Source of the DNA: Actinomycetota bacterium
GTDB taxonomy: Bacteria; Actinomycetota; Actinomycetes; Nanopelagicales; Nanopelagicaceae
Direction of reading: 5' to 3'
Length of the DNA stretch: 64,000 nucleotides
Assembly: GCA_005787575.1 (NCBI GenBank)
Contig: SYAN01000097.1
Coordinates: forward strand, 1,497-65,496
Part shown: positions 10,322 through 20,190 of the stretch, in pieces
Position numbering within the stretch: the first letter of the stretch is position 1
How the letters are laid out: each line of letters starts with the position of its first letter
Notes under the pieces: model-generated
The model's input: the letters and a program-made list of their open reading frames with translations, nothing else
Database searches by the model: none
What the model was told of the DNA's origin: nothing
Made by a program: the position numbers and the translations under genes

Positions 10322-12076
10322 ATGAGTGAGAGTAATGCCAAGCACCTGAGAGAAGCCACTACCGATCCCAATGACGCTCTTGTCTTCACTTACTGTGGTG
10401 AGAAGTTAGAGGCAAAAGCAGGAGATTCGATCGCCTCCGCAATGGTGAGGAATGCAAAATTAACTTGTCGAGAGAATGAGCGAGCCGAGCCACGTGGAAT
10501 TTTCTGTGGCATGGGAGTTTGCAATGAGTGCCAAGTTGAAGTGAATGATGAACCTGGTGTGCTCGCCTGCATGCGCTCGCTCGAGGCCGGCGTAAAGATA
10601 GTGACCCAGGAACAACATCGTCACTCTCCCCTGGATGCAGTCGCGAATCAACCTCAGGATGGCTTACAGAATGAGATCACACTAAGCCCAGATCTCCTGA
10701 TAATCGGTGGCGGTCCCGCAGGTCTCTCACTCGCTCGCTCGCTCGTTAAGGATGGGCTAAGCCCCGAATCCATCATCATCATCGACGAACGGAAGAGTCT
10801 TGGTGGGCAGTACTTCAAACAACGACAACTTAAATCAGGGGAATCTGGTGACGCTCAAAACTTAGATGCGCAATTTCGCGAAGGCGCAGAACTCATCGAT
10901 GAGGTTCGAAACTCGGGAGTTCGAATCATGCAGGCAATCACAGTCTGGGCAGCATTCGACCATGATCACATTGCTGCTTACGACGCGAACAAGAGATACA
11001 TCTTCAAGCCTAAAGAGTTGGTGCTTGCAACCGGTGCTTATGAACGTGGTATTCCGATGCCAGGCTGGACTCTCCCTGGAGTTATGACAACGGGCGCTGC
11101 ACAGACGCTACTTCGAAGCTATGCGGTTTCACCTGGAAAAGAAGTTTTGGTCTCAGGCAATGGACCACTCAATCTTCAGATGGCTGCAGAGTTGAGCAAG
11201 CATGGGACGAAAGTGGTTGCACTCGTTGAGAGCGGGCGAATCTTCTCGCCTCTCTCGATACTTCTCACTCTCGCACTCGCAGTGATCTCACCGAGCATGT
11301 CACTCCGTGGCTTGGGATACTTCTTAACTATCAAGCGGGCAGGAATCAAGTATTTCTCAGGTGCTGCAGTGAGCAGTTTTACAGGAAGTACAAAAGTGGA
11401 ACGAGCCGAAATCTCCTCACTCCATCACAACCGAAAGTCCCGAGTGATCTCTGAAGTTGCTGTGGACTCTGTTGCGATGGGATTTGGCTTCATATCATCT
11501 AATGAGTTGGCCCGAATTCTCCGATGTGATCACGAGATTGATCCCACCACTCTTGGCTTGAAGACAAAGACCAGGATTGATGGAAGAACGAGTAGAGATC
11601 ACATCTGGGTCATTGGAGATAGCGCAAGCATCAATGGAGCTCAGGTTGCGAAACTGAGGGGAACTCTTCTCGCCACATCACTCCTTACTGCTCTCACCTC
11701 ACGGCGTAAACAAATGAGAGCGAATTTGGCTCGGTTGCTCCTCTTTCGGCATCTCTTATTTCAGCGCGTGCTCTGGAAGATCTATCGCTCGCCACGTCTC
11801 TTTGATCAGTTTGCAACGCGTGAGACAGTCATCTGTCGCTGTTTGAGTATCACTCAAGGAGAGTTAATTGATGACTTGCGCGAAGATATGACTTCGGCTG
11901 GTGCACTGAAGCGAGTCAGCCGCGTCGGAATGGGCAAATGCCAAGGAAGATATTGCGCGCCATTCGCACAAAAGTTGATTGCAGATCAAACTGGAGTGGA
12001 ACCAGATACTTACTCTGGCTTCGCGCCACAAGTTCCGATCAAGCCAACAAGTATCGCCACCATCGCCTACTCATGA
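10322..12076 (+). CDS. Fusion of an HcnA-like [2Fe-2S] domain with an HcnB/OoxA-like FAD/NAD(P) oxidoreductase and a BFD-like [2Fe-2S] domain
   Basis: The N-terminal GIFCGMGVCNECQVEV..ACM cysteine pattern is followed by IIGGGPAGLS (dinucleotide fold) and then ICRCLSI...GKCQGRYC. I use ATG 10322 (MSESNAK..). The ORF-track start at 10145 overlaps the divergent SDR gene. Confidence 0.8.
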   Translation: MSESNAKHLREATTDPNDALVFTYCGEKLEAKAGDSIASAMVRNAKLTCRENERAEPRGIFCGMGVCNECQVEVNDEPGVLACMRSLEAGVKIVTQEQHRHSPLDAVANQPQDGLQNEITLSPDLLIIGGGPAGLSLARSLVKDGLSPESIIIIDERKSLGGQYFKQRQLKSGESGDAQNLDAQFREGAELIDEVRNSGVRIMQAITVWAAFDHDHIAAYDANKRYIFKPKELVLATGAYERGIPMPGWTLPGVMTTGAAQTLLRSYAVSPGKEVLVSGNGPLNLQMAAELSKHGTKVVALVESGRIFSPLSILLTLALAVISPSMSLRGLGYFLTIKRAGIKYFSGAAVSSFTGSTKVERAEISSLHHNRKSRVISEVAVDSVAMGFGFISSNELARILRCDHEIDPTTLGLKTKTRIDGRTSRDHIWVIGDSASINGAQVAKLRGTLLATSLLTALTSRRKQMRANLARLLLFRHLLFQRVLWKIYRSPRLFDQFATRETVICRCLSITQGELIDDLREDMTSAGALKRVSRVGMGKCQGRYCAPFAQKLIADQTGVEPDTYSGFAPQVPIKPTSIATIAYS

Positions 12077-12122
12077 GTCAACCACGTTCTTGATGACGGC
12101 AGGCCCGCGCTAGGATTCGAAT

Positions 12123-12905
12123 ATGGCTGAAGAATTCCTGGATAAGTCCAAGGATTTCGTCCAATCACTTGATCGAGGACTTTCAATCATGAAAGTCTTC
12201 AATGCCGAGAACTCCAAGTTGACCCTCTCTGAGGTTGCTGAGTTGACTGGTTTCACTCGCGCTACTGCTCGGCGATTCCTTCTTACTCTGGAATCACTCA
12301 ACTATGTTGGTAGCTCTGGTCGTTACTTCTTCCTCAAGCCAAGAGTTCTTGAACTGGGCTACGCATATCTCAATTCATTCAGTCTGGTTTCGATCGCTCA
12401 AGGTCATTTGGAGGAGATGGCTACCGAAGTTCGTGAATCCTGTTCCGCTTCGGTCCTTGAAGGGCAGAATGTCATCTATGTCTGTCGAGCAAGCGGCAAC
12501 CGACTTATGACAATCAATCTTGCAGTCGGCACGCAACTCCCAGCCTTTGCCACCTCGATGGGGCGAGTTCTCTTGGCCTCAATGACGGAAGCAGAGCTAG
12601 ATAACTACTTTGCCTCCGCCCATTTTGAGAAGTTCACCCCTATGACCGTGACCGATGAGGGTGAGCTTCGAAAGATCATTGCCAAGGCGCGCAAGGATGG
12701 CTACGCAATTATTGTCGGACAACTTGAAGAGGGCGTCGAATCAGTTTCGGTGCCTATCCGCGGCAAAGATGGGAAAGTTCTTGCCGCCGCAAATGTCAGC
12801 GCCCATCCTTCGAGAATCTCTCAAGAAGAGTTAAGTACGAAGTTACTGCCTAGATTGCAACAATGCGTTGCCGAGATCGAGCGAGATTTACACCTTCAAA
12901 ACTGA
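12123..12905 (+). CDS. IclR-family transcriptional regulator
   Basis: 260 aa with an N-terminal wHTH (LTLSEVAELTGFTRATARRFLLTLESLNYV) and an IclR effector domain. Confidence 0.88.
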   Translation: MAEEFLDKSKDFVQSLDRGLSIMKVFNAENSKLTLSEVAELTGFTRATARRFLLTLESLNYVGSSGRYFFLKPRVLELGYAYLNSFSLVSIAQGHLEEMATEVRESCSASVLEGQNVIYVCRASGNRLMTINLAVGTQLPAFATSMGRVLLASMTEAELDNYFASAHFEKFTPMTVTDEGELRKIIAKARKDGYAIIVGQLEEGVESVSVPIRGKDGKVLAAANVSAHPSRISQEELSTKLLPRLQQCVAEIERDLHLQN

Positions 12906-12931
12906 TTTTTTCTTCAAAGACCTCATTTCAA

Positions 12932-14410
12932 TCAGATCTGATCGATACAGATGTACTTGATCTCCAAGAACTCCTCGATACCGTGCTTGGAACCCTCGCG
13001 ACCAACACCAGATTCCTTTACCCCGCCGAAAGGCGCGCCCTCGTAAGAGATCAGACCGGTATTGACGCCAACTACTCCTGCTTCAAGCGCTTCAGCAACG
13101 CGCCAGACTCGAGCATTGTCGCGAGTGAAGAAATATGCGGCGAGGCCGAAGGGAGTGTTGTTTGCGATTCGAATCGCCTCTTCGTCACTCGTGAATTTCA
13201 CGATTCCCGCTAACGGACCAAAGGTCTCTTCTTGGCAGACCAACATCTCTTCCTTGACTCCGGTGAGAATCGTTGGTTCAAAGAAAGTTGCACCAAGTGG
13301 CGAGCGCTTTCCTCCTGCAACAACTTTCGCACCAGCCTTAAGCGCATCATTGATATGGCTCTCTACTTTTTCCACTGCGCTCTCGTTTATCAGCGGGCCC
13401 TGCTTGGTATCAGGATCCAAGCCGTTACCTACTCGAAGCCCTGCGACTGCCTTCTTTAACTCTTCGACGAAGCGATCATGTATCCCAGCTTGCACGATGA
13501 TTCGATTGGCGCAGACACAAGTCTGACCACTATTTCTAAACTTCGAGGCGATTGCACCCGCGACTGCCACATCGACATCAGCATCATCAAAGACGATCAA
13601 TGGCGCATTTCCACCGAGTTCCATTGCGACTTTCTTGACTGTCTGTGCTGAGGCCGCCATCAGCGCTTTACCTACTTCAGTCGAGCCGGTGAAGGAGAGC
13701 GCGCGGACTAAGGGATTGCTTGTGATCTCAGCAGCCACCATCCGCGGATTTCCGACGATAACGCTCAAGACACCTGCCGGAACTCCCGCTCGATGAGCAA
13801 GTTCTGCCATGGCAAGGGCTGAGAGCGGAGTGTCGGTCGCAGGTTTGATGACCATTGAGCAACCGGCTGCCAGCGCTGGTCCCGCTTTCCTTGCAATCAT
13901 GGCCATCGGGAACTTCCATGGCGTGATTGCGGCAGTCACTCCGATTGGTTGCTTGATAGTAAGGAGTCTGCGCGATGCCACATTCGTTGGGATGGTTTCA
14001 CCGTAAAGCCTTTTGCCTTCTTCTGCATACCACTCGATGAAGGAAGCGCCATAGGTGATCTCACCTCGAGATTCGGTGAGAGGCTTCCCTTGTTCGGCGG
14101 TGAGGATCACTGCTAAGTCCTCGACGTTATCCATGATGAGTTGATACCAAGAGCGCATGATCTTGGAGCGTTCTAGAGCTGTCAGTTTCGACCACTTCTC
14201 GAAGGCGCTCTGCGCGGTCGTGATCGCTTCTTTGACATCATCAACAGTAGCCATAGCTACCTCGACTATGCGAACACCAGTCGCTGGATTGATGACTTCA
14301 CGTTTAGACCCATCCGAAGATTCCCGCCACACGCCATTGATGAATAACTGACTCTTAATCAGTGATGGATCTTTTAGTAGGTCAGCTAGCGATTTCTCGG
14401 TCGAGTACAT
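12932..14410 (-). CDS. NAD(P)+ aldehyde dehydrogenase, succinate-semialdehyde dehydrogenase (GabD)-like
   Basis: ALDH motifs MELGGNAPLIVF and NSGQTCVCANRI, with FINGVW near the N-terminus. ATG 14410 (MYSTEK..) is preferred over the ORF-track start at 14500. Confidence 0.85.
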   Translation of the reverse strand: MYSTEKSLADLLKDPSLIKSQLFINGVWRESSDGSKREVINPATGVRIVEVAMATVDDVKEAITTAQSAFEKWSKLTALERSKIMRSWYQLIMDNVEDLAVILTAEQGKPLTESRGEITYGASFIEWYAEEGKRLYGETIPTNVASRRLLTIKQPIGVTAAITPWKFPMAMIARKAGPALAAGCSMVIKPATDTPLSALAMAELAHRAGVPAGVLSVIVGNPRMVAAEITSNPLVRALSFTGSTEVGKALMAASAQTVKKVAMELGGNAPLIVFDDADVDVAVAGAIASKFRNSGQTCVCANRIIVQAGIHDRFVEELKKAVAGLRVGNGLDPDTKQGPLINESAVEKVESHINDALKAGAKVVAGGKRSPLGATFFEPTILTGVKEEMLVCQEETFGPLAGIVKFTSDEEAIRIANNTPFGLAAYFFTRDNARVWRVAEALEAGVVGVNTGLISYEGAPFGGVKESGVGREGSKHGIEEFLEIKYICIDQI

Positions 14411-14523
14411 GTTGCGAAGTCTAAGACAGGCGAGCCATAGGGGCATCGAATCCGTTGTTTCGAACTTGTTATCAGGCACACCCGCCGTAAATCTAGACAT
14501 CGATTCATGACTTCACTACCCTC

Positions 14524-15945
14524 GTGAATGCACTCCCAGAAAATGCGCTATTCGAACAGGTGAGAGGGGATTCAATGTCACTGTCGCTCTCGGAGAAGGA
14601 TCGACGTTTCTTCTTCCATCCATTTACCGCGCTCAAGGCGCACGAAGAGAGTGGCGGCAAGATCATTGCTTCAGGTGAAGGGTGCACACTCACCGATGTC
14701 GATGGTGGCAGATATCTCGATGCGATGGCAGGGCTATGGTGTGTCAATCTCGGTTATGGCAATCAACGTCTCAAAGACGCTATTGCGGATCAAGTAACAA
14801 AACTCTCTTACTACCACTCGTTCTCGGGCATGAGCACCGATCTGGCAGTTGAACTCTCTGAGCGAGTCATATCTTTGGCGCCGAAGAACATGGCGAAGGT
14901 TTTCTTTGGAAATAGCGGATCTGATGCCAATGACACAAATGCAAAGATCATCTGGTTCTACAACAATGCGATCGGACGGCCTGAGAAGAAGAAGATCATC
15001 TCTCGTTTTCGTGGCTATCACGGTGTAACCGTTCTCTCAGGTGGACTCACCGGACTTAAGAATCTTCATGAGGGCTTCGATCTCCCGCTCTCAATGATCA
15101 GGCATGCACGTCCGCCGCATCGTCTCTGGGAGAAGACACCCAGCATGAGCGATGCAGATTTCGCTGACCAACTTGCGCGTGAACTTGAAGAGATGATCAT
15201 CAAGGAAGGTCCAGAGACAGTTGCTGCCTTTATTGCCGAACCAATCCAGGCAGCTGGTGGCGTGATTGTTCCTCCCGCTGAATATTTCCCTGCGATCCAG
15301 AAAGTCTTGAAGAAATACGATGTCATGTTGATAGCAGATGAGGTTGTAACTGCATTCGGTCGCCTTGGCACGATGTTCGCATCCGATCTCTTCGGTCTCG
15401 AGCCAGACATCATCACAGTCGCTAAGGGATTGACCTCTGCATACATCCCGCTCTCGGCCTCGATTGTCTCGGAACGGATCTGGAAGGTATTGCGAGATGG
15501 ATCGGAGAAGTACGGTGCATTTGGTCATGGTTACACCTACTCGGCTCACCCCATCGCCGCTCGTTGCGCGCTAGAGACGCTTCAGATCTTGGAGGACGAG
15601 CGAATGCTCGAGCGAACCGTCAAGCAAGGTGCGCTGTTGCACCAACTTCTTCAAGATACTTTCAAAGATCACCCACTCGTCGGGGAGATTCGAGGCAAAC
15701 ATTTGATTGGTGCGATTGAACTAGTAGATCAAAAGAACCCTGCGAAAGCATTTGATCCAGGTGAAAAAGTCGCAATTCGAGCTGCCAAACGTTCCATGGA
15801 ACTTGGCGTGATTACTCGCGCGCTCCCGGCCGCGGACACGCTCGCCTTCTCACCGCCGTTCGTCGTGACCGATGCGGAATTAGAGAAGATGGTCTCGACC
15901 GTTCGAACTGCCGTGGATGAAATCGCCAAGGAAATCGGTCGCTAA
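14524..15945 (+). CDS. Class-III (omega) aminotransferase, PLP-dependent
   Basis: Carries GLWCVNLGYG, LIADEVVTAFGRLG and TVAKGLTSAY (PLP lysine). The start is either GTG 14524 or ATG 14575. Confidence 0.85.
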   Translation: MNALPENALFEQVRGDSMSLSLSEKDRRFFFHPFTALKAHEESGGKIIASGEGCTLTDVDGGRYLDAMAGLWCVNLGYGNQRLKDAIADQVTKLSYYHSFSGMSTDLAVELSERVISLAPKNMAKVFFGNSGSDANDTNAKIIWFYNNAIGRPEKKKIISRFRGYHGVTVLSGGLTGLKNLHEGFDLPLSMIRHARPPHRLWEKTPSMSDADFADQLARELEEMIIKEGPETVAAFIAEPIQAAGGVIVPPAEYFPAIQKVLKKYDVMLIADEVVTAFGRLGTMFASDLFGLEPDIITVAKGLTSAYIPLSASIVSERIWKVLRDGSEKYGAFGHGYTYSAHPIAARCALETLQILEDERMLERTVKQGALLHQLLQDTFKDHPLVGEIRGKHLIGAIELVDQKNPAKAFDPGEKVAIRAAKRSMELGVITRALPAADTLAFSPPFVVTDAELEKMVSTVRTAVDEIAKEIGR

Positions 15946-15952
15946 CCTTGCA

Positions 15953-17146
15953 ATGAAGCATCGCCCAATTCGAATCGGGTTCATAATCAATCCGATTGCT
16001 GGAATGGGAGGAGCGGTTGGGCTCCACGGAACTGATGCCGGAATCCATTTAGAAGCCGCCCGACGCGGCGCATCACAAATCTCCACTCAACGAGCCGCGA
16101 TGACTCTCTCCTTTCTCTTCAACTCGCGCGAGTGGTTACAGGCTTCCTCTGAGACTCTATTCATCACTCCTGAAGGTCAGATGGGTGGGGACCTTTTACA
16201 GTCGATGATTGACCCTACTCAGATCCAATTAATTCCTTTAAAAAACGATTCGACAACCGCTGCGGACACGAAAGAGATTGCACAATCACTCTTCGAGCAC
16301 GGGGTCGATCTCATTCTCTTCGCGGGCGGTGATGGCACTGCCAGAGATATCTTTGAGGTCATCGACGAGAAGATTCCACTACTTGGTATCCCCGCTGGCG
16401 TGAAGATGCGAAGTGGAGTCTTTGGACTACATCCGGCCAGAGTTGGCGAAGTCCTTCAACGAATCATCGTCACTAGTTCAAGAATCGAAAACGCCCTTCC
16501 AACCCAAGATGCAGAGATCTTGGACCTTGACGAAAATTCGAGTGACTATTCGAGTTCGCAATTCTTCGGTGTTGCAAAAACTCCCTATGCACCTGATTTG
16601 CTACAGAGATCGAAATCGGCTTCAGGTGACTCCGGGGCGAGCGCCTTAGATGAGTTAGCCCTCCATTATGCGAAGGCGATGAAGCCGAAGAGGCTCTATA
16701 TATTCGGACCCGGAGGAAGCACCAACCGAATACTCAAATCTCTTGGACTCTCTCTCTCGCCAAAAGGTGTCCATGCCATCATGGACGGGCACTGCATCGG
16801 TGAAGACATTGGCGAGGCAGAGATAGCAGAACTCGTGGCGCGAAATTCGGAGTGCGAACTTATCGTTGGGGTCATTGGTGGCCAGGGATACCTCTTTGGA
16901 AGAGGAAATCAGCAACTTAGCTCCGGGGTCATCGAGGCGATTGGTTGGTCTCACATCTATGTACTCGCTTCTGCAGAGAAACTCCTGGAATTAATGCCGA
17001 CAGAACTGCATATGGATTTCCATCAACCCCTCCGAAATCCCCCGCCGAGCTTTCTTCAGGTCCACACCTCTAGCTCACGAACTGTTGTCTGTCGATTGAT
17101 CTATCAGGTAGCGTCACCCTCAACATCCACGCTTGCACGCAACTAA
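15953..17146 (+). CDS. ATP-NAD kinase-fold protein, AcoX-like
   Basis: IRIGFIINPIAGMGG at the N-terminus and FAGGDGTARD (GGDGT motif of the NAD-kinase/DAG-kinase fold). ATG 15953 is preferred because the ORF-track start overlaps the aminotransferase gene. Confidence 0.65.
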   Translation: MKHRPIRIGFIINPIAGMGGAVGLHGTDAGIHLEAARRGASQISTQRAAMTLSFLFNSREWLQASSETLFITPEGQMGGDLLQSMIDPTQIQLIPLKNDSTTAADTKEIAQSLFEHGVDLILFAGGDGTARDIFEVIDEKIPLLGIPAGVKMRSGVFGLHPARVGEVLQRIIVTSSRIENALPTQDAEILDLDENSSDYSSSQFFGVAKTPYAPDLLQRSKSASGDSGASALDELALHYAKAMKPKRLYIFGPGGSTNRILKSLGLSLSPKGVHAIMDGHCIGEDIGEAEIAELVARNSECELIVGVIGGQGYLFGRGNQQLSSGVIEAIGWSHIYVLASAEKLLELMPTELHMDFHQPLRNPPPSFLQVHTSSSRTVVCRLIYQVASPSTSTLARN

Positions 17147-17198
17147 CTTGGTTCGAGTCGAGGATGCAGAATCGCTAGAAATTCGGAAGGATGACTTC

Positions 17199-18617
17199 AT
17201 GTCAGCAAAGGACAAGACGCTTCCACAGCCCCATCCATTTATGGCGAACTCTGCGCCAGCGAGCTATCGAGAATTGCTTCGAGTAGCCGAAGTCAAAGAG
17301 ATTGATGAAGTCTTCGAGCAGATTCCCACTGATCATCTATTCAAAGGTAAATGGAAAGTACCGCGCGGGATCAAGTCAGAGGCGCAGTTATCCAAACATC
17401 TCACAAGCATCCTGAGAAAGAACATCTCGGCTGAGGATTACACCTCCTTCCTTGGCGCTGGATGTTGGAATCACTATGTCCCGGCCATTTGTGACGAGAT
17501 GGTCACGCGTACCGAGTTCTCCACCCCAGTCTGGGGCACTCCTTCATCTGATCACGGTCGAAACCAAGTCTGGTTTGAGTTCTGTAGCCAACTTGGCGAG
17601 TTGGTGGGTATGGAGTTCGTTGGATTACCTCTTTATAGCTATGGCACCGCTGCAGGGCATGCGCTTCGAATGGCTGCTCGAATCAACGGGCGTAAGAAGA
17701 TATTGATTCCTGCATCACTGGATCCTGAGCGTGCCAAAGTGATTCGCACCTATGCAGGTTTCAAGGAACTCAATGGATTCCTTGATGTCGTCACAGTGAA
17801 ATTTGATAAGAAGACTGGACGACTGGATCTGGCTGACCTTAAAGCAAAACTTGATAAAGAAGTCTGCGCGGTCTATTTCGAGAATCCAAACTACCTCGGC
17901 GCACTAGAGAGTGAAGCAGCTGAGATTTCGAAGCTGGCCCACTCGGTCGGCGCAGAGGTCGTCGTAGGAGTTGATCCCATCTCACTTGGCATCATCGCCC
18001 CAGCTTCGCAGTACGGGGCTGACATCATCGTCGGCACTACCCAACCTCTTGGTGTACATATGAATGCTGGCGGCGGAGTTGGCGGATTCATTGCAACTCG
18101 CGATGAAGAGAGGTACGCGAAGGAATATCCGACGTTACAGGTGAGCTTGACCGGAACTACAGTCCCTGGCGAAATGGCTTTCGGTCTCACACTCTTCCAC
18201 CAATCTTCATACGGGTCTCGTGAGAATGGCAAAGACTGGACCGGAAACTCGGTCTATCTCTGGGCAGTTGCGAACGCGACATACATGTCCTTGATGGGAC
18301 CAGAGGGATTTGTCGATGTCGGAAACTCCATCATCGCTCGAGCGCGTTATGCGGCGGAGCGAATCAACAAACTCAAAGGAGTCAAAGTTCTATGGCGAGA
18401 TGGTTTCTTCAAGGAATTCGTCGTCAACTTTGATAAGACTGGTAAGAGTGTGAAGAAAATCAATAAGAAGTTGTTGAAGCATGAGATCTTCGGTGGCAAA
18501 GACCTCTCCGATGAATTCCCGGAGTTGGGTGAGAGCGCGCTCTATTGCGTCACAGAGGTTCACACCCTTGAAGAAATTGATGCCTTAGTCGATGCGCTGA
18601 AAGAGGTGACAGCATGA
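17199..18617 (+). CDS. gcvPA: Glycine dehydrogenase (decarboxylating) subunit 1-like (split P-protein alpha)
   Basis: The N-terminal pattern ...YRELLRVAEVKEIDEVFEQIPTDHLF...SEAQLSKHLTSILRKN is typical of GcvPA. GGAAGGA RBS lies before ATG 17199. The stop overlaps the next gene's start (ATGA). Confidence 0.75.
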   Translation: MSAKDKTLPQPHPFMANSAPASYRELLRVAEVKEIDEVFEQIPTDHLFKGKWKVPRGIKSEAQLSKHLTSILRKNISAEDYTSFLGAGCWNHYVPAICDEMVTRTEFSTPVWGTPSSDHGRNQVWFEFCSQLGELVGMEFVGLPLYSYGTAAGHALRMAARINGRKKILIPASLDPERAKVIRTYAGFKELNGFLDVVTVKFDKKTGRLDLADLKAKLDKEVCAVYFENPNYLGALESEAAEISKLAHSVGAEVVVGVDPISLGIIAPASQYGADIIVGTTQPLGVHMNAGGGVGGFIATRDEERYAKEYPTLQVSLTGTTVPGEMAFGLTLFHQSSYGSRENGKDWTGNSVYLWAVANATYMSLMGPEGFVDVGNSIIARARYAAERINKLKGVKVLWRDGFFKEFVVNFDKTGKSVKKINKKLLKHEIFGGKDLSDEFPELGESALYCVTEVHTLEEIDALVDALKEVTA

Positions 18618-20170
18618 TCAAGTCCAAGATCCGCAAATATCACGCTGCAGTCTGGGATGAACCTCTAGTTATGGATTTGAGTCAACCAGGTCGACGTGGT
18701 GCCTTTGCTCCTGCAATAGAAGATGAGATCACTGATTCGGTCGGCGATCCATCAGCGCTAGTCCCAACCGCTCTCAAGCGTAAGGTCGCACCAGAACTAC
18801 CGGAGCTCTCTGAATTCGAGGTCCAGCGCCACTATCTCCATCTCTCCCAGCAGACCTTAGGCATGATGGGAATCAGCCTCTTCGGGACCTGCACTATGAA
18901 GTACAACCCACGGCTCAATGAGCGACTGGTCTATCAACCATTCGTCGCGAAGATGCACCCACATCAAGATCCAGAGACGATGCAAGGAATCCTAGAAATC
19001 GTCTATAGCTTCGATGAGATTCTTCGCGATCTCTCTGGCCTCGATAAATTCGTCTTCCAAGCAGGTGGCGGTGCTGATGCTGCGTACACGATGGCAACAT
19101 TGACGCGCGCTTACCATGCAGCGCGAGGTGAGCTGGCACAACGAACAGAGATCATCACTACTGTCCAAGCTCATCCATGTAATCCGGCGACGGCTGCGGC
19201 TGCCGGTTTCAAGGTCATCACTCTCCCACTTGAGAAGGATGGTTACCCATCACTTGAGGCGCTCAAATCAGTTCTCTCCAATCGGACAGCAGCGCTGATG
19301 GTCAACAATCCAGATGACATCGGAATCTATAACCCACAGATCAAGGAGTGGGTCAAGGCGGTGAAAGAAGTTGGAGGACTCTGCTTCTACGATCACGCTA
19401 ACTTCAACGGTGTGATGACGCGAATTCGCGCCGCCGATCTTGGCTTCGATGCCTGTATGTATATGTTGCACAAGACTTTCGGAGGAACAAAAGGTGGCGG
19501 TGGACCAGCAGTTGGTGCATTCGGTTGCCGTAAAGAGTTGGTGCCCTATCTTGCTGGCCCAACCGTTGAGAAGAACTCTGATGGAACTTACTTCCTCAAA
19601 GAGGAAGGGCCTAAGAGCGTCGGTCGTGTCCGCGAATTCTTCGGCAACGTGCCGGTAGTGATTCGTGCTTATTCATGGACTCGTGCAATGGGTATCGATG
19701 GACTTCGAGATGCAGCAAACATCTCAGTCCTAGCCAATAACTACATGGAGAAAAGACTTCTTGCGATCAAAGGAGTGACAAAGGGTCTTCCAGAGCTGAC
19801 TAAGCGGCGACTTGAGATGACCAGGTACAGCCTTGGTGAGCTGACAGCAGAGACTGGTGTCACCACGGTCGATGTTCAGAACCGAATGACCGATTATGGC
19901 GTCGATGCGTTCTGGCTCAGCCACGAACCATGGTTTATTCCAGAGCCATTCACGCCTGAAGCTGGTGAACTCTGGTCCATCGAAGATATCGATTACTGGA
20001 TTGATGTACTCGAAGTAGTCTGCGAGGAAGCGCGCAAGGACCCTGAGTTCGTCAAGAACGCTCCATACAACCAAGTTGTACATAAGCAGGGTTCAACAAA
20101 TCTCGATGATCCCAAGAACTGGGCGACCACTTACCGCGCATACAAACGCAAGCACGCTTCAAAGAAGTAG
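18614..20170 (+). CDS. gcvPB: Glycine dehydrogenase (decarboxylating) subunit 2-like (split P-protein beta, PLP subunit)
   Basis: Contains the PLP-lysine motif LHKTFGGTKGGGGPAVG, which resembles the GcvPB NLHKTF..GGGGPG signature. Translationally coupled to the preceding gene. Confidence 0.78.
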   Translation: MIKSKIRKYHAAVWDEPLVMDLSQPGRRGAFAPAIEDEITDSVGDPSALVPTALKRKVAPELPELSEFEVQRHYLHLSQQTLGMMGISLFGTCTMKYNPRLNERLVYQPFVAKMHPHQDPETMQGILEIVYSFDEILRDLSGLDKFVFQAGGGADAAYTMATLTRAYHAARGELAQRTEIITTVQAHPCNPATAAAAGFKVITLPLEKDGYPSLEALKSVLSNRTAALMVNNPDDIGIYNPQIKEWVKAVKEVGGLCFYDHANFNGVMTRIRAADLGFDACMYMLHKTFGGTKGGGGPAVGAFGCRKELVPYLAGPTVEKNSDGTYFLKEEGPKSVGRVREFFGNVPVVIRAYSWTRAMGIDGLRDAANISVLANNYMEKRLLAIKGVTKGLPELTKRRLEMTRYSLGELTAETGVTTVDVQNRMTDYGVDAFWLSHEPWFIPEPFTPEAGELWSIEDIDYWIDVLEVVCEEARKDPEFVKNAPYNQVVHKQGSTNLDDPKNWATTYRAYKRKHASKK

Positions 20171-20190
20171 CAAAGCACTCCTATCCCGCT

